From assembly GCA_019058315.1 (NCBI GenBank), contig JAHPZH010000003.1, positions 716,451 through 780,450 on the forward strand: a DNA stretch of 64,000 nucleotides, in the 5' to 3' direction. This document shows positions 57,381 to 64,000 of the stretch, piece after piece. The notes beneath the pieces are model-generated. The model saw only the letters and a list, made by a program, of their open reading frames with translations. It searched no databases and had not been told where the DNA came from. The stretch is from Candidatus Helarchaeota archaeon (lineage in GTDB: Archaea > Asgardarchaeota > Lokiarchaeia > Helarchaeales > RDOG01). Within the stretch, counting starts at the first letter, position 1; each line of letters opens with the position of its first letter. Made by a program: the position numbers and the translations under genes.

Positions 57381-59843
57381 ATTAAGAAGGAATCGATGAT
57401 TATTATATTGATATCTCAAATGATACTTTTTTCGGTTTTTGTTGCGCTATATAACAATAATTCCTTTGAAATACCAATTTTGGCAGATAAGCAAGGCCAG
57501 TTTAATTTATCTAGTTCAGATTGGGCTAATGCAACAGTAATTTCAGATGATTCAACAGGTTGGAATAATGGTGCAAGTCTAGATCCTGCTATCGCAATTG
57601 ATAATAATGGAGTGATACATATCGTATGGACTGATACTACCATGGCTGAATGGAGCGCTGGTGGAACAGATTGGGAGATATTGTATGCAAATTATACAGC
57701 CGCAGGATGGTCCAATGCAACATGTATTTCAGATGATTATACTGGATGGAATAATGATTATAGTCAAGATCCGGATATTGCTATCGACCAAGATGGAAAT
57801 ATTCATGTGGTCTGGAGAGAAGATACGGACGGAACATGGGGAACAGACCAAGAAATTATGTATGTAAATTATACTGCAGCAGGCTGGTCTAATGCTACTT
57901 GTATTTCAGAATATTATGAATCGAAGCTCAATATAGGAGATAGTGCTAACCCTAGTATTGCAATAGATAATATTGGAAATTTACATGTAGTTTGGAATGA
58001 TGATACTGATGGACAATGGGGAACTGATATAGATATAATGTATACAAATTATACTGCAACAGGCTGGTCCAATGCCACAGTGATTTCAGATGATTTTACA
58101 GATTGGAACACGGGTCTTAGCGCATCACCTGATATTGCTATTGATAATAATGGAGTGATACACGTGGGGTGGACAGATGTTACACCCGGTCCATGGGGAT
58201 CAGATTATGAAATCATGTATACAAATTATACTGCAACAGGCTGGTCTAATGCAACTGTAATTTCGGATCTTTATGGGTGGAATGATGGTCAAAGTGAAGG
58301 TTGTCAAATCGCTATAGATAATAATAATTATTTACATGTAGTTTGGAATGATGAAACTGATGGTGAATGGGGAACAGATCAAGAAATAATGTATGTAAAT
58401 TATACTGCAGCCGGTTGGTCTAATGCCACTTGTATTTCAGAATATTATGATTCGAATCTCAATACAGGAGATAGTAATAATCCGAAATTGACTATAGATA
58501 ATAATGAAAATTTACATGTAGTCTGGAGTGATGATACTGTTGGAGAATGGGGAGCGGATCGGGAGATAATGTATGTAAATTATACTGCAACGGGTTGGTC
58601 TAATATGTCCGTAATTTCAGATGATAACACTTTATGGAATGATGGTTCTAGTTTAGTTCCTAATATTGCAATGGAAAATACTGGGAATATTCATGTAGTC
58701 TGGAGTGATACTACGAATGGGGAATGGGGAACAGATCAGGAGATAATGTATTCTTTTATAGGAGATATAGAATATCCAAATATAGCTTCAGTTTCAAGAT
58801 ACCCCTCTGCCCCAGGTAATCTGGATACAGTAAATATTACTGTTCATATTACCGATAATGTCGGTGTAGATACAGTGTTAATCAATTCGAATCATACTGG
58901 AACTCCATTATATTATACGATGGATTACCTTTCAGGGACTATTCAAGATGGTTATTGGAACTATACAATTCCAACAACATCTGCAGGAACAAAAGTAGAA
59001 TACTCATTTATGGCGAATGATACTAATAAACACACAGTCACAGATGGACCGTACCAATATATAGTCCTGGATAACGAAGTTCCGAATATATATATAGTCA
59101 ATTGGGTTCCAAGTAACCCTAGTAATTATAACACCGTAAATGTTACTGCAAATGTTGGTGACAATATCGGAGTAGATACAGTTATAATAAATTCAAATCA
59201 CACAGGAACTCCTACTAATTATACAATGGATTTTCTTTCTGGATCTGCCCAGCTTGGATGGTGGAATTATACAATTCCAGCTTATCCTCCAATGACAACT
59301 ATTACTTTTACTGTATATGCAAATGATTCCGAAAACAACCCCAACACATATGGTCCCAACCAATACACGATTCAAGATGTCGATAGCCCAAGTATAATTT
59401 CAGTTTCTCAGAATCCAAATCAACCTAGTAGTCAGGAAACAGTCAATATTACTGTACAAGTTACTGATAATGTTGGAGTACATAAAGTATTACTATTAAT
59501 ATTTAATAGCACAGGTGGCTTTGATATTTATCCAATGGATTTTCTTTCAGGAACTATTCAAAATGGCTATTGGAACTACACAATTCCCGCATATCCAGCA
59601 GGAACTTTTGTTAACTATACGATTTATGTAAATGATACGAGTAATAATCCTAGTGTTTGGATATTCGAAAACTACACAGTTCGTGGTGAAGGAGAAGAAC
59701 CAACTTTATGGCCATTATTATTAATGGGAGGCGAAGAGAGTAATATAATTGTAATTACATTAGTAATTGTAGTTATAGGACTGATTGTCGCCATTGGAAT
59801 ATACGGATACCGTAAATCCCCTGAAAAATCACCAAAACCATAG
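57381..59843 (+). CDS. Surface protein: 7-repeat beta-propeller, 3 Ig-like repeats, TM anchor
   Basis: Same repeat as 1330-2838; three 'TVNIT...DNVGV...GYWNYTIP' units. ATT 57381 lies in frame upstream of ATG 57396. Confidence 0.8.
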   Translation: MKKESMIIILISQMILFSVFVALYNNNSFEIPILADKQGQFNLSSSDWANATVISDDSTGWNNGASLDPAIAIDNNGVIHIVWTDTTMAEWSAGGTDWEILYANYTAAGWSNATCISDDYTGWNNDYSQDPDIAIDQDGNIHVVWREDTDGTWGTDQEIMYVNYTAAGWSNATCISEYYESKLNIGDSANPSIAIDNIGNLHVVWNDDTDGQWGTDIDIMYTNYTATGWSNATVISDDFTDWNTGLSASPDIAIDNNGVIHVGWTDVTPGPWGSDYEIMYTNYTATGWSNATVISDLYGWNDGQSEGCQIAIDNNNYLHVVWNDETDGEWGTDQEIMYVNYTAAGWSNATCISEYYDSNLNTGDSNNPKLTIDNNENLHVVWSDDTVGEWGADREIMYVNYTATGWSNMSVISDDNTLWNDGSSLVPNIAMENTGNIHVVWSDTTNGEWGTDQEIMYSFIGDIEYPNIASVSRYPSAPGNLDTVNITVHITDNVGVDTVLINSNHTGTPLYYTMDYLSGTIQDGYWNYTIPTTSAGTKVEYSFMANDTNKHTVTDGPYQYIVLDNEVPNIYIVNWVPSNPSNYNTVNVTANVGDNIGVDTVIINSNHTGTPTNYTMDFLSGSAQLGWWNYTIPAYPPMTTITFTVYANDSENNPNTYGPNQYTIQDVDSPSIISVSQNPNQPSSQETVNITVQVTDNVGVHKVLLLIFNSTGGFDIYPMDFLSGTIQNGYWNYTIPAYPAGTFVNYTIYVNDTSNNPSVWIFENYTVRGEGEEPTLWPLLLMGGEESNIIVITLVIVVIGLIVAIGIYGYRKSPEKSPKP

Positions 59844-59969
59844 TTACAATAAATTTAATTTTTTTTTATTTTTTTAAATTCGAAAATGTAATACTTTAAT
59901 CTATATTTTTAATTAAAATTATATTATTCTTTCATTTTTTTTTATCTAAAAAAACCCGAGTTTATTGAA

Positions 59970-61790
59970 ATGACTTTAAAATTTAATGTATTGCGTATAA
60001 ATTTGGATTCATATCATTTAATGTCAGGACTTCCTTATGCAGAAGAAGAGATTTCAAATGATATATTAAGATTATATATTGGGGGAAAAGGGATAGGAAC
60101 AAAGATTATTTGGGAAGAAGTAAAGGAGGATGTTGATCCTCTTGGTCCTAAAAACAAATTAATTTTCGTTACTGGTCCAGTTACAGGAACTCGATTGGCA
60201 ACTGCTAATAGATATGGTGTTCTATTTAAAAGTCCTTTAACTGGAATTTATGCAGAAAGTTATTCAGGTGGTTTTCTTGCACCTAAGATACGAGCTTCCG
60301 GATTTGATGTAATAATTATTGAAGGTAAAGCTGAAAAACCGATTTATTTAGTAATTGATGATGGAAAAGTAGAATTTAAAAATGCTGAAAGTCTTTGGGG
60401 TCTTAATTCTTATGAAACTGAAGATAATATTAAAAACACAGAAGGAAAAGATTTTCGAGTATTATGTATCGGACCTGCTGGTGAAAATCTTGTAAAAATT
60501 GCATGTATTCAAAATGATAAATGGCATTCTGCAGGTCGCTGTGGGGCAGGTGCTGTTATGGGTAGTAAGAATCTAAAGGCTATTGTATTTCGTGGAACTA
60601 AGAAACCTCAAGTTGATAACCCTAAATATTTTGATGAAGTTGTTAAAGAGACTTTGGCAAACATCCGAGAAAGAGATGCTGCGTATGGAAAGGAAGGAGC
60701 ATTTCCTTATTATGGCACACCCGGGATGGTTAACACTTCTAATTCGGTAGGTTTTTTCCCTACAAGGTATTGGTCTCAAGGAAGATCCGAATTTAAAGAT
60801 GAAATAGGTCCTGAAAAGATGATTGAAACCATTTTGATTAAACGGACAGCTTGTTGGAACTGTCCCTTTGGATGTTCCAAACTATGCGAAGTCAAGGACG
60901 GTCCTTATCAATGTAAAGTTGAAGGTCCAGAATATGAGACAATTTATGCATTTGGAGGATTATGTGATATAAGAGACTTAAATGCTATTGCAAAAATAAA
61001 TGATTATTGTGACAAAATGGGTTTAGATACAATCAGTGCAGGAAATATAGCCGCCTTTGCAATAGAAGCAAAACGAGCTGGTAAAATTAATGTTGATTTT
61101 AATCTTGATTATAATAATCCTGATTCTGTATTAAAAATCCTTGAATTAATTACTTTTAGAAAGGGAGTTGGAGACATTTTTGCAGATGGAACCCGTGAAG
61201 CTGCAAAAAAACTTGGATTAGAAAAAATAGCAGTTCATAGCAAAGGTCTAGAATTTGGTGGATATGAACCACGTGCATTTCGAGGTATGGCACTGAGTTT
61301 TGCGGTTTCACCTATTGGACCAACCCATTTAAGAAGTACGGTCTTTGCAGCTGAAGGAACTATGCCGAAAGAGTTACGCTTATCTTATGAGAATAAGGCG
61401 GAATTAGTCAAAGATTGGGAGGATAGAATGACAATTATTGATGCATTAATTATATGCAAATTCACTCGTGGAGTTATGAATTGGGAATTGTTATCTAAAA
61501 TATATTCTGCAATTTTTGGAGTTGATACAACGGTGGAAGAATTAAAAGAAATTGGTTCTAGGATTAATACTTTAAGTCGTATGTATAATATTAGAGAAGG
61601 ATTATCGCGTAAAGATGATAAACTACCAGACCGTTTTTTTGAAGAACCTTTACCAGAAGACCCAGATCATATTCTCGATAGAACCAAATTTAATGCGATG
61701 CTTGATGAATATTACAAACTGCGTGGCTGGGATGCCGATGGAAAGCCAACCAAAGAGACTTTAAAAAATTTGAAATTAATTTCAAATTGA
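59970..61790 (+). CDS. aor: Aldehyde:ferredoxin oxidoreductase family
   Basis: KSPLTG, GPAGE, GAVMGSKNLKA, CxxCxxxC, EYET, GLDTIS. Confidence 0.93.
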   Translation: MTLKFNVLRINLDSYHLMSGLPYAEEEISNDILRLYIGGKGIGTKIIWEEVKEDVDPLGPKNKLIFVTGPVTGTRLATANRYGVLFKSPLTGIYAESYSGGFLAPKIRASGFDVIIIEGKAEKPIYLVIDDGKVEFKNAESLWGLNSYETEDNIKNTEGKDFRVLCIGPAGENLVKIACIQNDKWHSAGRCGAGAVMGSKNLKAIVFRGTKKPQVDNPKYFDEVVKETLANIRERDAAYGKEGAFPYYGTPGMVNTSNSVGFFPTRYWSQGRSEFKDEIGPEKMIETILIKRTACWNCPFGCSKLCEVKDGPYQCKVEGPEYETIYAFGGLCDIRDLNAIAKINDYCDKMGLDTISAGNIAAFAIEAKRAGKINVDFNLDYNNPDSVLKILELITFRKGVGDIFADGTREAAKKLGLEKIAVHSKGLEFGGYEPRAFRGMALSFAVSPIGPTHLRSTVFAAEGTMPKELRLSYENKAELVKDWEDRMTIIDALIICKFTRGVMNWELLSKIYSAIFGVDTTVEELKEIGSRINTLSRMYNIREGLSRKDDKLPDRFFEEPLPEDPDHILDRTKFNAMLDEYYKLRGWDADGKPTKETLKNLKLISN

Positions 61791-63454
61791 AATACAGGAA
61801 ATTAAATAAAATGGATATATTAATAAAAAATGGGACAATTATTGATGGAACTGGCTCTCCTAGCTATGAATCAGATATTTTAATAAAAGATGACAAAATT
61901 CTTAAAATTGCTTCCAATATAAACGTAGATACTAGCGTTAAGGTCATTGATGCATCAAATAAAATAGTAACACCAGGTTTTATTGATATTCACAATCATG
62001 CTGACTTTAACATACTTGATGCTACTAAAGCCGAGTCTTTTGTAATGCAAGGAATGACCACCTTACTTGTGGGTCTATGTGGAACTGGCGTGACTCCCAC
62101 CTCTGAGGTCGTGGAAAAATATTATTCTGATTTTATGAGTAAAGCACTTAGCATTGAACCTAAATTATTTGAAAATTTACAGCAATTTCAGGAAGTTCTT
62201 GAACGAGAGGGTATTTCTATTAATTTAGCCTTATTAATACCCCATGGAAATGTAAGAGCTTGTGTATTAGGATTAGATATGCGTCCAGCAACGGAAGAAG
62301 AACTTGAAAAGATGAAAAAGATTGTTGAACAGAATATGGAATTTGGTGCATTCGGATTATCTACAGGATTAGTTTATCCCCCGGGATCCGCGACACCAAC
62401 AGAGGAATTGATTGAACTTTCAAAAATAGTGAGTAAATATGATGGCATTTATGATTCGCATATGAGAAATGAAGGTGATGGAGTTATTGATATTGGAATG
62501 AGTGAATTAATTCGTATAGCGAGAGAAGCGAACATAAGGGCACATATCTCCCATTGGCAAGTTATAAGCAGATATAAATATAAGAAATTAACTCCAGAGG
62601 CCATAAATCTTGTAGAAAAAGCACACAATGAAGGACTTCGAATTACTGCAGATGTTGTCCCATATGATGATGGTGTTACGAATCTGGCTTATATTTTATT
62701 AGAAACATGGGTATTTGATAATCTTAAAGAGAATTTAAGCAATTTAGAAACGAGAGAACGGATAAAAAAGGAAATTTTCGAAAGAATATACTCAATGTTT
62801 GTAGCAAATGCACCATTTTACCTACATTTAATTCCAAAATTTTTAATAAAAAGAATAATTTACAAAGCATTAAGTAAACGTGTTCATATACTCTTTACTG
62901 TTAAGAGTCATCAATTTGAGGGAAAATCACTTTATGAGGTTTTAACAACCCTTTATCCTAATAAAAAAATAGAGGATGCATTGTTGGATTTTATAAGAGA
63001 TGAAGATGGAGGAGTTGTAATCAGACACCAGTTGAAAAATGAAGAAAAAAGTGTAATTCCTCTTTATAAACAACCTTATGTATGCCCCTCTTCTGATGCT
63101 TCTTTAGTAATAAGAGGAAACAGCCATCCACGTGCATTTGGGGCGTTTCCACGAGTGATACAAAGATGGGTTAGGGAAAAGAACATTACTAATTTGGAAG
63201 AGGCAATTAGAAAGATGACCTCATTACCAGCTTCAATTCTTGGGATAACAGATCGTGGAGTATTAAAAGATGGAAATAAAGCCGACTTAGTCATTTTCGA
63301 CTTTAACAAAATCGAAGAAAAAGGTACAATAGCAAATGGTTGTCAACATCCTGAAGGAATTGAGTATGTTATCATCAATGGTGAAATTACGGTCTCTGAG
63401 GGGAAGCACTTAGGAGTTTTAAAAGGTAGGGTTTTAAAACATCCTAAAAAATGA
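61787..63454 (+). CDS. N-acyl-D-amino-acid deacylase-like amidohydrolase
   Basis: PGFIDIHNH, STGLVYPP, SHMR, HISH, HPR.FG.FPR. Confidence 0.9.
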   Translation: MKYRKLNKMDILIKNGTIIDGTGSPSYESDILIKDDKILKIASNINVDTSVKVIDASNKIVTPGFIDIHNHADFNILDATKAESFVMQGMTTLLVGLCGTGVTPTSEVVEKYYSDFMSKALSIEPKLFENLQQFQEVLEREGISINLALLIPHGNVRACVLGLDMRPATEEELEKMKKIVEQNMEFGAFGLSTGLVYPPGSATPTEELIELSKIVSKYDGIYDSHMRNEGDGVIDIGMSELIRIAREANIRAHISHWQVISRYKYKKLTPEAINLVEKAHNEGLRITADVVPYDDGVTNLAYILLETWVFDNLKENLSNLETRERIKKEIFERIYSMFVANAPFYLHLIPKFLIKRIIYKALSKRVHILFTVKSHQFEGKSLYEVLTTLYPNKKIEDALLDFIRDEDGGVVIRHQLKNEEKSVIPLYKQPYVCPSSDASLVIRGNSHPRAFGAFPRVIQRWVREKNITNLEEAIRKMTSLPASILGITDRGVLKDGNKADLVIFDFNKIEEKGTIANGCQHPEGIEYVIINGEITVSEGKHLGVLKGRVLKHPKK

Positions 63455-63585
63455 GTTTTTAGATAGTTCGAAAAATAAAAATTTTAATAATTAAATATTA
63501 TTAAAATAAATATTTATAAAAAAAAATATTTCATAAACGAAATATTTTTATAACCGAAGTAATTATACATATATCTGTGAAAAAT

Positions 63586-64000
63586 ATGGTTTCTCAAGAA
63601 AAAATTGAACGATTTATAAATGCATTTACTGGGCTTTCCAAAGTAATTACAAACATGGAGTCGTATAGTAAATATGAAGACTTATCAAAACTTGAATTAT
63701 TTTGCCTAGAAGGTTGTTATGGAGAAAATGGTCTTAAAATGAGTCAAATTGCAAGAAAGCTTGGAGTTTGTATGAGTACAACAACAGGACTTATTGATAG
63801 AATGGTTGAAAAAGATTTAGCTAATCGAGAAAGAAATCCTGGTGACCGACGTGTTGTGAAAGTTAAATTAACTGAAAAAGGCAACAAAATAGCAGGAGAA
63901 TTAAAAAAACAAAGTGAAAAGTGGGTTGAAATGCTATTAAGTTTACTTACTCTTGAAGAACAAGATAATTTTATTTTAATTCTAGAAAAATTATCTAAAA
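63586..64000 (+). CDS. MarR-family regulator (runs off the window end)
   Basis: MSQIARKLG..STTTGLIDRMVEK...DRRVVKVKLTEKG. Confidence 0.88.
   Translation, partial: MVSQEKIERFINAFTGLSKVITNMESYSKYEDLSKLELFCLEGCYGENGLKMSQIARKLGVCMSTTTGLIDRMVEKDLANRERNPGDRRVVKVKLTEKGNKIAGELKKQSEKWVEMLLSLLTLEEQDNFILILEKLSK

Noticed and set aside
503-63309. Short antisense or nested ORFs in the track (e.g. 503-718, 5730-6056, 6119-6478, 23113-23415, 28835-29209, 54745-55266)
   Set aside because: They overlap well-supported genes and have no motifs; treated as shadow ORFs.

Overview
AT-rich archaeal DNA, most likely from an Asgard archaeon (longin- and PCI-domain proteins, AOR, corrinoid protein, archaeal RadA/RPA, GGTGA/GGAGG ribosome-binding sites). 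Housekeeping flanks (1-5.7 kb and 45.6-64 kb) enclose a ~40 kb integrated element (~5706-45560) that truncates an NDP-forming acyl-CoA synthetase gene. The left terminus is an IS200/IS605-type right-end hairpin next to a TnpB with all three RuvC residues; there is no TnpA. Transcribed divergently from tnpB is a 2147-aa fusion of a Ski2/Hel308-like SF2 helicase, wHTH, Zn fingers, a Cas1-like integrase domain (E/H/D residues retained), a DHH/DHHA1 phosphoesterase and a degenerate RadA-like domain. The element also encodes a LigD-type primase-polymerase (split by a -1 frame break), a RadA-RPA-RHH operon at the far end, and defence cargo (DUF4263/Shedu-like, AlbA_2, two HEPN proteins, PRTase-CE, PNP-NACHT, PD-(D/E)XK nucleases). 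At three hotspots the cargo is bracketed by diverged copies of core-gene 3' ends or of a Zn-ribbon microgene, which suggests cassette stacking. I saw no CRISPR array, PolB, TIRs, TSD or tRNA. All calls come from reading motifs by eye; no database searches were run.
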